A stretch of DNA of 63,873 nucleotides, the filler included, from Aduncisulcus paluster (taxonomy: Eukaryota), in assembly GCA_024181965.1 (NCBI GenBank). It is 41 parts of 41 records of this genome, joined end to end, with 100 filler letters (N's around TTAATTAATTAA, not from the genome) between each part and the next. Parts side by side here need not be neighbours in the genome. Positions count along the whole stretch, not along the records: positions 46,563 to 47,609 come from BQXS01009018.1; positions 47,710 to 48,830 come from BQXS01009031.1; positions 48,931 to 50,118 come from BQXS01009160.1; positions 50,219 to 51,883 come from BQXS01009223.1; positions 51,984 to 53,053 come from BQXS01009284.1; positions 53,154 to 54,543 come from BQXS01009382.1; positions 54,644 to 57,083 come from BQXS01009598.1; positions 57,184 to 58,809 come from BQXS01009599.1; 33 more parts are not named here. The stretch is one strand, 5' to 3'. Positions 46,563 to 58,457 of the stretch are shown here, one piece after another (position 1 is the first letter of the stretch; each line of letters starts with the position of its first letter). Made by a program: the position numbers and the translations under genes. The notes below the pieces were generated by a model. It had not been told where the DNA came from. It made no database searches and saw only the letters and a program-made list of their open reading frames with translations.

Positions 46563-47609
46563 AGATGCTTCGCTGGAGAATCCAATTATCAGCCTATTCC
46601 TTCAACATTTCATACATTCCAGGCAAAGAGAATATTTTTGCTGATTATTTGTCGAGACTCCAAGATATTCAAACAATCGCAACGATTGACAGTGAAACTA
46701 TGACAGAAAAAATATGGAAGACTCACAAAAAACTGGGTCATGCATCAGCAGACACTATTATCTCCGAACTCGAAAAACATCAACCTGTTAACAAAGAAAC
46801 AAAGAAATTGGCCAAAGAATTAATACAAAGTTGTACTCAATGTCAAAAAGTAGCCCCTTTTCGAGGAACAAAAACAACAGGACACCTCATCGCATCATCA
46901 ACGTTCGATTGCATCTCTGTCGACACTATTGGCGAAATGGACGAAGACAAACTTGGTAATCGTTACATTATAGTTGCTGTAGACGACTTTTCTCGCTTTG
47001 TTTTCATCAGGCCATACCAAGATTGTACGGCAAGCTCTGCAATCTCTTTTTTCAAAGATCTTTTTGCTCTTTTCGGAACACCAAACAAGGTTCGAACGGA
47101 CAATGCAAAACAATTCATTGCAAAACCGACGGAAGATCTCCTGAAAGAAAGAGAAATCGAACATATCCTAACGATTCCATACGACCACAGCGGCAACGGA
47201 AAGTTGAACGCGTCAATCGGGAAATCAGACGATTAGAACGAATTTATAAAATGGAAAATGATATTTGGAACTATCAAACATTTACAGCATACTGTATGGA
47301 AGCGATAAACTGTCGAAAACATTCAAGTACCTCTTTTGCTCCTTTTTAAGTCATGTTCGGAAGAAAATCACAAGATATTTCAATTTTAAAGGATTATACA
47401 AAAGAATTAGAAAAGAAAAGGGAAGATATAGAAGCAGAAATTGCAAAATCCCAACCAGAATCGAAAACTCCAACAACATTCAAAATAGACGACCTGGTAT
47501 TGTATAAACCTGATAAAATTTCAAAGAAATCGGCTCCACGGATGCAAGGTCCATTCATTATATCAGAAATACTATCTCCATACAGATATCGTATAAAACC
47601 AATAGACGG
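46563..47609 (+). pseudogene. Decayed Ty3/Gypsy RNase H end + integrase
   Basis: NIFADYLSR, H..GH..CTQCQ, VRTDNAKQF. One-base frameshift in NGKVER near 47200 and in-frame TAA at 47347. Confidence 0.9.
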
Positions 47610-47709
47610 NNNNNNNNNNNNNNNNNNNNNNNNNNNNNNNNNNNNNNNNNNNNTTAATTAATTAANNNNNNNNNNNNNNNNNNNNNNNNNNNNNNNNNNN
47701 NNNNNNNNN

Positions 47710-48597
47710 GTCGTACCTCAGTGGGAGTTTTTTTGCTCGGCGATTAATTCAAAGGGCAATCTGGGTTTGATGAAGTTTCGGCTTCGTCTGCCCTTATTCT
47801 CATCTCATTCACTGTCAAAGGTCCCTGGAGTTGGATTATCCAGAGAGAGGGACCATCGACTTTTAGGGAGAGCACGCCGCTTTCTATGTTTGATTTTCGT
47901 TTGTTCCTTCGGGGGCTTCTTGGATCTTATGTAGAGTTTTTAGGCGTTGTCTGAAGTGTACGAAACGAGCCTTGAAAAGTCACGGGGCGAGACGCAGGAT
48001 TGATTCTCATCCGTACCCACAACCGCAGCCGGTCTCCAAGGTGAACAGCCTCTGGTCAAGCAAGAAAAAGCATGTGAGGGAAGTCGGCAAAATTGCTCCG
48101 TAACCTCGGGATAAGGAGTGGCTCTGGCGACAGGCTAGCAGGGACCCTTTGGGGTGTTTTATGTCTAGTGCATAGTGCTTCGGTGCTATACGCTGGCACG
48201 TTGATGTTGATACTTGTATTTTCGGATTCGTGTTGTTAATTGTTGACGTAGTTTGTGGTTGGAGCAGCTGTACCTTCGGGTTTGGCTGAGCCCCCTTATT
48301 GTGTCCAGTTAGCGAGCATTTAACTTGCCACCATTGTGGGAGCTCTTTTGTACTTGGTTTTTTAATCGAGTATTGGGGGCCTTCCTCTCTATCGAAGCTG
48401 TCAAGTCAGAACTGGAACGGACTAAGGAGAACCCGACTGTCTAGTAGAAACATAGCCTTCAGATGGCCATAACAGGTGTTGACTGAAGGTGAATTCTGCC
48501 CAGTGCTCTGAATCGTTACGTTGAAGTGATTCAATTAAGCGCGGGTCAACGGCAGGAGTAACTATGACTCTTGAAAGGTAGCCAAATGCCTCGTCAT
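47710..48597 (+). rRNA. Eukaryotic LSU (28S) rRNA fragment, copy 1
   Basis: GGTCTCCAAGGTGAACAGCCTCT, GGGAAGTCGGCAA, TTCTGCCCAGTGCTCTGAAT, GAGTAACTATGACTC, GGTAGCCAAATGCCTCGTCAT. Confidence 0.97.
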
Positions 48598-48830
48598 TTA
48601 TCAAATAAGTGACAGTTGGTTGGTAACAACTGGCTAGTCGATGATTGTATATGTATGGATATAATTATCTGGCGACACTGTCAAATTGCGGGGAAGCCCT
48701 TAGAGCTCTACGTACCGCCTATAACTGGAAACAGAGTATGAGTGGGAATAGTAATACTATGAAATCTCATCATATAGGCAGGTGGTATAATGGCCACTGT
48801 ATGGTAATAATCGTAGAGATTGGGTAATCC
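48598..48830 (+). ncRNA. Group I intron, 5' part (L1949)
   Basis: Matches the intron at 62178 onward, including P1 and the P element AAATTGCGGGGAA. Confidence 0.93.
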
Positions 48831-48930
48831 NNNNNNNNNNNNNNNNNNNNNNNNNNNNNNNNNNNNNNNNNNNNTTAATTAATTAANNNNNNNNNNNNNN
48901 NNNNNNNNNNNNNNNNNNNNNNNNNNNNNN

Positions 48931-50118
48931 CTTTGAAATATTCTATTTCACCCCTTTCCTTGCTTCACATATATCGTATTTTCCTTGTAAAAATCCTTAT
49001 CCTGTGTCCCTTATTAATCCTCCCTTTATCTCCTTTATACCTGCAAATACTTTTTAGAACAGCTATAATTATTTTCCTATGTTCCTTTTTATCCTTAATT
49101 TATAATTTTTTAACCTTTAAAGCCCTTAATTAAGACTGAAATTAACTTCTGGAGTAGACCTCGAAAACGGCATTAGATTTGCTCTACGGCGAAGTCGGTT
49201 TTTTCGATCGTTTTCCTTAATAAAATTTAATCTCCAAATTAGTTTTTATGCCTTCTGAAGGTGCTAATCCTTCAATCATTTCTTATTTTTCTTAAATTCG
49301 AAGATAATTTTCTCCTTTTAATTCGATAAAAACGCATTTATAATTTTTTCCTTGAAAACCTTATGAATTTTAATAAAATCCTTTATTTCAGCAAAATTTA
49401 TCTGTATAATGCTTCTCCTTATTTAAATTGTTTGTTACTGACCTTTATCTAATTTCCCCTTCAAAGCCTTATTTCCTTCCAAATACTTCTCTAAAGCCTC
49501 ACAGTCCTTCACTGTGGGATAATATTCCCAGGTATTCATCTCCTGACCGTAGTCTTTCCATTTAACAAGGAACTTTATCGGCAGTTTGCCTCCAAATCTA
49601 TGTTTTATGATTTTTTCAACCACATATTCAGTCTCATCCTTCCCATTGATCAGGATCTCTTCTTCAACTGAGACAACGGGGTCTGAAATGTATTTAACCA
49701 TTCTCCTTACTGGGACATCCTCCGAATCCCCCCCTTTTATGGGTTTTACCCTATATAAATGGTCTGTTATCCTTTCGACAACCAAATAAGGTCCTAATAA
49801 TTTGCCTTGTTCCTTTTTTCCTTCTCTTTTCCTTCTTAATAAGATCTTTTCATCCTTCTCGAATTTTTCAGGCTCTTTAGCGGTAAATTCCTTTTTATCA
49901 TCATGAGAACTAATTTTTTCATCTATTATCGTTTTTTCTATTTCCTTTTCCACGATTTCTTCAACTAATGGGTTCTTATCCTCTCCCAAAACCTCAGCTT
50001 CTCTTAAGAACATTGCATAAAAGGGCTGAGCATCGAATTGTGAGCTGTACCGTCTGTTAAGAGTCTCCATGACATAATCACTGAATTCTCGTAAGTTCTT
50101 TTCTTTAGACATGTTCCA
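48931..50118 (-). mobile_element. Second copy of the chromovirus pol 3' end and 3' UTR (CDS 49435-50118)
   Basis: Same protein as 2960-3643, with only a handful of nucleotide differences. Confidence 0.92.
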
Positions 50119-50427
50119 NNNNNNNNNNNNNNNNNNNNNNNNNNNNNNNNNNNNNNNNNNNNTTAATTAATTAANNNNNNNNNNNNNNNNNNNNNNNNNN
50201 NNNNNNNNNNNNNNNNNNGAATATTAAAAGAAAAAGAGTTTTAAGTCTGATTTGTGTGTGGTGTTGAAAATATTCATGTGAAAGTTATCACCTTTTTAAG
50301 AATTAGCTCTCTTAAAATTTGTCATAAAAACAAAATATAACTACTTTCGTTCTGCTTTTAAATAAGAGGGCATATTTTATTAATGTTCTTATAATCTGAA
50401 CTTAATAAATTAAGACGAACACAAAGA

Positions 50428-50841
50428 ATGGAAAAATTGAAAGAAATAGAGCTGAATCAATTCCAATTGAATGTATTGTTGGACGAAGAAGAAAAAGCAG
50501 CCTATAATTACATTGTACAAGAAGGAACCTTTTGTGNNNNNNNNNNNNNNNNNNNNNNNNNNNNNNNNNNNNNNNNNNNNNNNNNNNNNNNNNNNNNNNN
50601 NNNNNNNNNNNNNNNNNNNNNNNNNNNNNNNNNNNNNNNNNNNNNNNNNNNNNNNNNNNNNNNNNNGTGTACGAAAGGGGTAGATGTTAAAGAGAATTTC
50701 CTGAACGATATGAATGACATCTTAATAAAGGGAAAATGTAAGAAATGTAGTGGAAATGTGAGTCGTTTTATTGAATATGGAGAATTTGAGGAATTTAGAA
50801 TTAAAGCAGCCAAATTCAGAAAATCAATAGGTGCAGAATAA
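50428..50841 (+). CDS. Small Bacteroidota hypothetical protein with a CxxC motif (gapped)
   Basis: FC[gap]C..LNDMNDILIKGKCKKCSGNVSRFIEYGE. Confidence 0.6.
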   Translation: MEKLKEIELNQFQLNVLLDEEEKAAYNYIVQEGTFCXXXXXXXXXXXXXXXXXXXXXXXXXXXXXXXXXXXXXXXXXXXXCTKGVDVKENFLNDMNDILIKGKCKKCSGNVSRFIEYGEFEEFRIKAAKFRKSIGAE

Positions 50842-50858
50842 ATATTTATTATACATAT

Positions 50859-50896
50859 AAAAAAATCCTCCTTCAGTTCGAAGGAGGATTTTTTAT
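50859..50896. terminator. Bidirectional rho-independent terminator
   Basis: AAAAAATCCTCCTTC-AGTTC-GAAGGAGGATTTTTT between convergent genes. Confidence 0.9.
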
Positions 50897-50909
50897 TTGT
50901 GACAAGTTA

Positions 50910-51434
50910 TTATTCTCTTTTTAAAATGTGATAGCTAACTTTTACAACTCCATTTCTAAATGGCATGTCATCTAAACGATAACTGTCGTAGATGTATGGA
51001 TCATACTCTGGATGAAACTCATCGGGAAATAGAGGATAGTTTCTAATAAAACCTGGGAAACCGTAGTAAGGATTTAAATCAAACCAATATTCGTCATATG
51101 GATTTAGATGAATAATGACGCGAAAATCGTGCTCATACTCATCTGGATGATAAATATAGCCTCTCTCGCTCATGGAATTAATTTCAGCACGATCCCAATG
51201 AGCTGCAGCTCCATTTACTTCAACCCATCCATTTTCTAATTGTACAGGTCTACTGTTTTTATCTCTTATAAAAATCTGAACTTCTTTATTGTTGTCGTAA
51301 TCTTGAGCAATGTGAACTGAAACCTTTACTAATGAGGGATCTGTTAATTCAATATCGCTTAAAGCTGATTTGCTACAAGATTGTATTCCAAATGTACTCA
51401 GAAGAAGTAGTAAAATGTATATGCGTGTTTTCAT
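50910..51434 (-). CDS. Bacteroidota lipoprotein, unknown function
   Basis: MKTRIYILLLLLSTFGIQSC lipoprotein signal peptide. Confidence 0.75.
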   Translation of the reverse strand: MKTRIYILLLLLSTFGIQSCSKSALSDIELTDPSLVKVSVHIAQDYDNNKEVQIFIRDKNSRPVQLENGWVEVNGAAAHWDRAEINSMSERGYIYHPDEYEHDFRVIIHLNPYDEYWFDLNPYYGFPGFIRNYPLFPDEFHPEYDPYIYDSYRLDDMPFRNGVVKVSYHILKRE

Positions 51435-51657
51435 AGTTCAAAAGTGTTGATTTACTAGTATGACACATAAAAAACAATGAACACTTACTCGGTAAATGAA
51501 TTTTTAATTCTTTAGGATAACTATAGTCGAATCATTTAAAAAATTTAAGAATTAATAAACTACATATTTATGTTTCAAAATGTTTGAATATCAGATTACT
51601 ATAAAAAGATAAAATGTTGTATATTGAATAGAAGTTCGCTAATGTTAAACTTTAAAT

Positions 51658-51883
51658 ATGAAAAAAAATAAAGTAATTATAAATTTCTGCCCAACAGGCA
51701 TGATACCAACCAAAGAAATTACACCGCACGTACCGGTTTCACCTCAGGAGGTTATAGAGCAAACTCATGAAGCATATGAATTAGGAATTACAATAGCACA
51801 TCTTCATGCCCGGGAGAATGACGGAGTGCCAACCTATAAAAAGAATGTATATCAGGAAATTTTTGAAGGCGTTCGTAAGCATT
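51658..51883 (+). CDS. BKACE / 3-keto-5-aminohexanoate cleavage family (DUF849), N-terminus
   Basis: IINFCPTG..PHVPVSPQE..GITIAHLHAR. Confidence 0.9.
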
Positions 51884-51983
51884 NNNNNNNNNNNNNNNNN
51901 NNNNNNNNNNNNNNNNNNNNNNNNNNNTTAATTAATTAANNNNNNNNNNNNNNNNNNNNNNNNNNNNNNNNNNNNNNNNNNNN

Positions 51984-52635
51984 GCGGCACGGTTCATTTC
52001 ACGTTCCATGTCGCGGGCCAGACGATCAGTCTTACCCGACAGGAAATCGCAGAAATCCAGCACGATTTCGCGGTGCTCCTCGGCGCTGACCCGCCCCACG
52101 CACGGCGCGGAGCACTTGTCGATGTACCCCAACAAACAGGGGCGGTCAATCTGCTTGTGCCGCTTAAATACTCCATTGGAGCAGGTGCGCGCCGGGAACA
52201 CCCGGGTGAGCAGATCGAGCGTTTCCCTGATGGCCCACGCATGCGAGTACGGACCGAAGTAGCGCACACCCTTGCGGCGGGGACCCCGGTAGACGAAGNN
52301 NNNNNNNNNNNNNNNNNNAGCACCGGATACGACTTGTCATCGCGATAGCGGACGTTGAAGCGCGGATCGAATTCCTTGATCCAGTTGTATTCGAGCTGCA
52401 GGGCCTCGACCTCGGTGCCCACCACGGTCCACTCGACGCTGCCCGCAGTGGTGACCATCTGCCGGGTGCGCGGATGCAGGCTGGTGACGTCGGCGAAGTA
52501 CGAGGTAAGACGGCTGCGAAGACTCTTGGCCTTGCCGACATAGATGACACGTCCGTGCGGATCACGGAATCGGTAAACGCCCGGCTCGACGGGTATCGAG
52601 CCGGGAGCCGGTCGATAGGTCGAGGGATCGGGCAC
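51984..52635 (-). CDS. uvrC: Excinuclease ABC subunit C, N-terminus
   Basis: [55 protein letters not shown]. Confidence 0.97.
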
Positions 52636-52774
52636 GTATCCAGGCTAGTCCGGTGGTCCGACGACCAATCCCATCGACGGACCGGCAACCCCACTCACCA
52701 GGCGGCGCACTATTTCCGCGATCCACTGCTACCCTCGGGGGGTACCTCAACGCAGGGGCGAAGGAGTAGCAACG

Positions 52775-53053
52775 GTGCGTAGATACGCTGCGGGGTCCAT
52801 ACCCGTACTGCTCGCCGCGGTGGCGGGCCTGTCTCTCGTCACGGCGGTTCACGCGCTGGCCGTTCCGGCCAATGACGCCGACGCCGTCATCAACAGCTTG
52901 CAGGCCAGTGGCTACCGCGTGACAGTGACGAGGATCGGCTCGGGACATCAGGACAACTGCGTAGTCCAGTCCGTCAATCAGCAGTCGCCCGTATCCAATG
53001 TGGCCGGTGCACGCGATATGCGCAATCGACCCACATCGGTTCCCGTGTCCACC
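52775..53053 (+). CDS. Small secreted mycobacterial hypothetical protein (partial)
   Basis: Signal peptide, ADAVINSLQASGYRV..CVV motif. Confidence 0.6.
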
Positions 53054-53233
53054 NNNNNNNNNNNNNNNNNNNNNNNNNNNNNNNNNNNNNNNNNNNNTTA
53101 ATTAATTAANNNNNNNNNNNNNNNNNNNNNNNNNNNNNNNNNNNNNNNNNNNNGATCATCTCCGAGAAGTAGCTCTCATCCTCGGGTGGACTGGGTGTCT
53201 GGCTCATCAGGGCAGGAGCCTAACCGAAGAATG

Positions 53234-54285
53234 TCAGGCGAATTGCGGTATCACGGTCGAAGCGAAGAACTCCAGGTGATCCAGGTCCCGCATGTCGAGT
53301 AGCTGGACGTACACCCGCTGAACGCCGGCTTCGACGTAGACCCTCAGTTTTTCGGCCACTGCGTCGGGAGTACCTGCGAGCGGACTGTTTTCGGTGATTT
53401 CATCCACCTCGCGGCCGGCGTTCGCCGCGCGGCGTGCGATATCGGCATCCGTGTCACCGATGNNNNNNNNNNNNNNNNNNNNNNNNNNNNNNNNNNNNNN
53501 NNNNNNNNNNNNNNNNNNNNNNNNNNNNNNNNNNNNNNNNNNNNNNNNNNNNNNNNNNNNNNNNNNNNNNNACCGATGCATAGCGCGAAGGCCGCCGAGT
53601 AGATCATCGAATCCGCGGGCCGTCCTGCGGCTTCCACCGCTTGCGCTACCCGCGCATATCGATCGGTGACGACGTCGACGGGCTGGAACGGCAGGTTGAA
53701 CTCTGCGGCGAAACGGGCGGCCAGCGCCGGGGTGCGCTTGACGCCGAGACCGCCGACGACGATGGGTGGGTGCGGTTCCTGTACCGGTTTGGGCAGTGCG
53801 GGGGAGTCGGTCACCGTGTAGTGCTTGCCCGCGTAGGAGTAGGTGTCACCGGTGGGCGTGGACCATAGACCGGTGAGGATGTCCAGCTGCTCTTCGAGAC
53901 GGTCGAACCGCTCGCCGAGCGGCGGGAAGGGGATCGCGTAGGCCTCATGCTCCTCGTTGAACCACCCGGCACCCAGGCCGAAATCGACTCGGCCGCTGCT
54001 CATCTCGTCGACCTGGGCGACGGTGATCGCCAGCGGTCCCGGATGGCGGAAGGTCGCCGAGGTGACCAGGGTGCCCAGCCGAATGGCCGTGGTTTCCCGG
54101 GCCATCGCCCCGAGGGTCACCCATGCGTCGGTGGGCCCGGGCAGCCCGTCGGCGCCGCCCATCGCCAGGTAGTGATCAGACCGGAAGAATGCGGAGAACC
54201 CCAGCTCTTCGGCTGCCTGCGCCACCCGCAGCTGCTCTGAGTAGGTGGCGCCTTGCTGCGGTTCAACGAATACCCGGAAGTCCAT
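53234..54285 (-). CDS. LLM-class F420-dependent oxidoreductase
   Basis: MDFRVFVEPQQGA..FFRSDHY..DAWVTLG..RLGTLVT..GLGAGW..PKPVQ. Confidence 0.93.
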
Positions 54286-54398
54286 GACCGCCAGCGTACG
54301 TAAGGCCGCATACCCGGGCACAGGTGACTTGTGCAGATGGTTACGGTGAGTGGACAGAATGTGCGTGAGTTGACGGGTATGCGGCGAAACGAGGGAAA

Positions 54399-54543
54399 GT
54401 GATATCACGCGTTGCGGTTTCGGTCATGGCCGTGTTGGCTCTGACTTTAGGTGTCGGGTTGTCGGGATGTTCCGGCGCCGATAGGGGCACCACCTCCTCC
54501 ATACAGTCGTCACGATTGCTGGACTTCTCTGCCCAGACCATCG
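54399..54543 (+). CDS. Lipoprotein start, possibly Mpt53/DsbE-F-like thioredoxin
   Basis: LSGC lipobox, then LDFSAQTI. Confidence 0.45.
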
Positions 54544-54643
54544 NNNNNNNNNNNNNNNNNNNNNNNNNNNNNNNNNNNNNNNNNNNNTTAATTAATTAAN
54601 NNNNNNNNNNNNNNNNNNNNNNNNNNNNNNNNNNNNNNNNNNN

Positions 54644-56480
54644 CACGACGGACCTGGCCGCCCCACGCCCACCGCTGCGGATTTTGTACGGCACCCAGAC
54701 CGGCAACGCCGAAATCGTGGCGGGCGATGCCGCGGCGGCCGCCAAGGCGCAAGGGTTCGATGTCACGGTCAGCGGCCTCGACGAAATCGCCCTGGACGAA
54801 TTCGCCGGCCTGCGCTACGTCCTGATCGTCACCTCCACATACGGCGAGGGTGAGATGCCCGATAATGCCGAATTATTCTGGGAAGCACTGTCTTCGGCTG
54901 TGGCTCCACGACTCGAAGGGGTGTCCTACGGCGTGCTTGNNNNNNNNNNNNNNNNNNNNNNNNNNNNNNNNNNNNNNNNNNNNNNNNNNNNNNNNNNNNN
55001 NNNNNNNNNTGATCGACACCCGCCTCGAACAACTCGGAGCGAGCCGGGTGGTCGGGCGCACCGACTGCGATGTCGATTACGAGGCGCAGGCCACGGAATG
55101 GGTTCAGGGCGCGGTGGGCAGCCTGGTCACCCTGGCCGGGGCCAGCGGTAGCCCGGGTACTCCCCCGCCGAGCACTGTCATGCGCTCCGGGTGGACGCGC
55201 AAGAATCCGTTCCACGCCGAGGTCCCGGTCAACCGATTGCTGTCACGGGCGGGCTCGGACAAGGAAATTCGGCACTACGAGTTCGCGCTCGCCGAGAGCG
55301 GTATCACCTACGAGGCGGGTGACGCGCTCGCGGTCATCCCGGAGAACGACCCGGCGCTGGTGGAGGCGATCGCCGATCACTTCCGTGTTTCGGTCGGCAC
55401 ACTCGTCGACGGCGAGCCGCTCGGTGAGCTGCTGGGGCGGCGTTACGAAATCAGCGCCCCGTCGCGAGACCTGTTGAGCGAGGTGGAGAGCCGCGCAGAA
55501 AGCGAGGAGTTCTCGCACGCCTTGCGCGGCGGTGTGAAAGAGGTGCTCGATACCTGGCTCTACGGCAAGGACATCCTCGACATCCTGCGCATCGGCGGGG
55601 ATGCGCTCAGTCTCGAGGAGTTCATGGGGCTGCTCAAGCCCCTGCAACACCGCGCCTACTCGATCNNNNNNNNNNNNNNNNNNNNNNNNNNNNNNNNNNN
55701 NNNNNNNNNNNNNNNNNNNNNNNNNNNNNNNNNNNNNNNNNNNNNNNNNNNNNNNNNNNNNNNNNNNNNNNNNNNNNNNNNNNNNNNNNNNNNNNNNNNN
55801 NNNNNNNNNNNNNNNNNNNNNNNNNNNNNNNNNNNNNNNNNNNNNNNNNNNNNNNGATCTCCTCGAGCTCGCTGGCCCACCCCGATCGAATCCACTTGAC
55901 CGTGGCCAGCGTCCGATACCAGAGCCTGGGCCGCGAGCGCGGTGGCGTGTGTTCCACCTTCCTGGCCGATCGAGGCGGTAGCGCACGAATCTTCCTGCAG
56001 CCCAACAAGTCATTCCGCGTGCCCAGCGACGACGACGCTCCGATGATCATGGTGGGCCCCGGTACGGGTGTGGCCCCGTTCCGGGCGTTCCTGCAGGAAC
56101 GCGAACAGCGCGGGGCGGGTGGGCGCAACTGGCTGTTCTTCGGCGACCAGCACCGCGCCCATGACTACGTCTACGAGAACGAGCTCGATACGTGGCACTC
56201 GTCCGGTCTCCTGGACCGGCTGGACCTCGCGTTCTCTCGCGACCAAGCCGAGAAGGTCTATGTGCAAACGCGCATGCGCGAGCACGGCGCTGACCTGTTT
56301 GGCTGGCTGCAGGACGGCGGACACTTCTACGTCTGCGGTGATGCGACGCGGATGGCCAAGGACGTGGACAAGGCGCTGCACGAGATCGTCGCAGAGCATG
56401 GCGGATTCGGTGCCGATGAAGCGTCCGAATACGTGAACACCCTCAAGCGGGAAAAGCGGTACGTCCGCGATGTGTACTGA
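54644..56480 (+). CDS. Diflavin (FMN/FAD/NADPH) reductase, CysJ/CPR-like (5' truncated, gapped)
   Basis: YGTQTGNA, TSTYGEGEMPDNA, RAYSI, GGVCSTFL, GPGTGVAPFR, LAFSRD, YVCGDA, RYVRDVY*. Confidence 0.94.
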
Positions 56481-57083
56481 CGGCCGGCGCTGCGAACACT
56501 GCCCCGCCCGACGAATCGCGGCGGGGCCCAAGGCCATTGCCGAAGCACTCCCCGCGCTCGGCACGGTCGTCGCCGTCACCGCGAACGATGCCGCCTTACT
56601 GAGCCACACCGGGGAGTACCTTGAGCCCTCGTTCCCCGGGGAAGCGCTCAGCTGCGATGACGAGTACATAGCGCTGCGGTTGAACCCGGCTCTCGTCCGA
56701 GACGCGTTCCTGGCTCCGCGCGCGCTGACGATGGTCGGCGAGACCGGCACTCACCGCGCCTATCTCACGCCGCTCACGGATCGCCTGACGGTCAGTGCCC
56801 TCGAGCTGGCGCCGGCGGCGGACCCGGAAGCGTTTCCCGTCACCGATTGGACGGACATCAGTTGGCGTGACACCGATCAGCTCACCCATCTGGACGCGCT
56901 CACCCCAGGGCGTTATCGGGTGCTGCCGTTTACCGGTGCGCGCAAGATCGATTCCGGTGTGGTGCCGCATCTGCTGGCTCACCTCGTGGATGTGGACATG
57001 CCGTTCACCATCGCGGTGCCGGGCGGCGGCTGCGTGCAGTTGCATCGCGGCCACGCCGCGATGGTCGAACAGTCGGGTGCCCA
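56470..57083 (+). CDS. HemS/ChuS-like heme-binding fold protein (partial)
   Basis: LPALGTVVAVTANDAALLSHTGEY and LLAHLVDVDMPFTIAVPGGGCVQLHRG resemble the two HemS halves. Overlaps the reductase stop by 11 nt. Confidence 0.6.
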
Positions 57084-57183
57084 NNNNNNNNNNNNNNNNN
57101 NNNNNNNNNNNNNNNNNNNNNNNNNNNTTAATTAATTAANNNNNNNNNNNNNNNNNNNNNNNNNNNNNNNNNNNNNNNNNNNN

Positions 57184-58040
57184 ACGATCCACGTATTAAA
57201 ATAGTCGATCGATTCGAATCGGTAACCGAATCATCTATTTGGTTGGGAAATCCAGATAATAAGATTGATCTTATTTTTCTGGATATTCATTTGGTTGATG
57301 GCTTAAGTTTCGAAATATTTAAAAGAGTTCAAGTTCAAACTCCGGTTATCTTCACAACAGCTTACAATGAGTATGCACTTAATGCATTCAAATTAAATAG
57401 TATAGATTATCTGCTAAAACCCGTTACTTTCGATAATNNNNNNNNNNNNNNNNNNNNNNNNNNNNNNNNNNNNNNNNNNNNNNNNNNNNNNNNNNNNNNN
57501 NNNNNNNNNNNNNNNNNNNNNNNNNNNNNNNNNNNNNNNNNNNNNNNNNNNNNNNNNNNNNNNNNNNNNNNNNNNNNNNNNNNNNNNNNNNNNNNNNNNN
57601 NNNNNNNNNNNNNNNNNNNNNNNNNNNNNNNNNNTGAATCATCTCAAATGAGAAATATCGAGGAGTTGAGTGCCGCTCTATCAAGTATTCAAAAAAACTA
57701 CAAAACCAGATTTATGGTGAAAGTAGGAGAGAAACTTAAATCTTTTAAAGCTGATGACATCTCATTGTATTTTGCCGAAGGGAGAGATGCTTTTATTTTA
57801 TTAAAAGATGGACATCGTTACATTATTGATTATAAAATGGAAGAGCTACAGGATTTATTAGATCCAAAATATTTCTATAGAATCAGTCGTTCGTTTATTG
57901 TAAATATTAATGCGATTAGCGATGTTTCTGTTCATTCCAATTCCAGACTTAAGGTTATTCTCACAAGTGATTTCGATCGTGAGCTAATAGTAAGTAGAGA
58001 AAAAGTGAATAATTTTAAAGATTGGTTTAACGGAGCCTGA
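57184..58040 (+). CDS. LytTR-family response regulator
   Basis: IFLDIHL, FTTAY, YLLKP, then FYRISRSFIVN..VSRE LytTR domain. Confidence 0.95.
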
Positions 58041-58043
58041 CTT

Positions 58044-58451
58044 TTAGAATTGTCGGATTATTAGATTGTTTTTTTGATGATATATTATGCCAAAAATTAA
58101 TCCCCAAATCAGATAACAAGCAAAATAATAGGCAGTTCCATTTACTTTTCCGTTTAAAATTATCCCTGAGATTAGAGGCAGTAATCCAAAGACAAATCCG
58201 GCAATCATTCCTTTTATACCATTAATACGGGTAACATTAAGACCAATCAAAATGGCTGTGGCAAATGAAGCTAGAAAAAGGCAAGTCCAGTCCACCATTA
58301 ACACATTTTGACGCATACTTGTCCAAGGAATTGCCAGTTCTTCCGATAAATGGTTTGTAAAAACAAAACCATACAAAAGGAAAGTTAACAATCCACTTGC
58401 CACAGCTCCGCCTATTATCAGGCGCTTCCAGTTTCTTGTTTTGTTAAGCAT
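58044..58451 (-). CDS. Hypothetical multi-pass membrane protein
   Basis: Four hydrophobic segments in 135 aa. Confidence 0.6.
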   Translation of the reverse strand: MLNKTRNWKRLIIGGAVASGLLTFLLYGFVFTNHLSEELAIPWTSMRQNVLMVDWTCLFLASFATAILIGLNVTRINGIKGMIAGFVFGLLPLISGIILNGKVNGTAYYFACYLIWGLIFGIIYHQKNNLIIRQF

Positions 58452-58457
58452 ACTTTG

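Noticed and set aside
43128-47609. Kinase island flanked by retrotransposon genes, or bacterial-to-eukaryote HGT
   Set aside because: Linkers at 44132-44231 and 46463-46562 separate the bacterial contig from the eukaryotic ones.
48422-48604. Repeated 60-aa ORF MINDEAFGYL (also 60311, 62002)
   Set aside because: Antisense translation of conserved LSU rRNA.
48940-48962. PPT plus 3' LTR start (minus strand AAGGAAAGGGG-TGAAAT) of the duplicated chromovirus
   Set aside because: The whole region is purine-rich on that strand, only about 20 bp follow before the contig ends, and it does not match the TGTAA-type LTRs. Unsupported.
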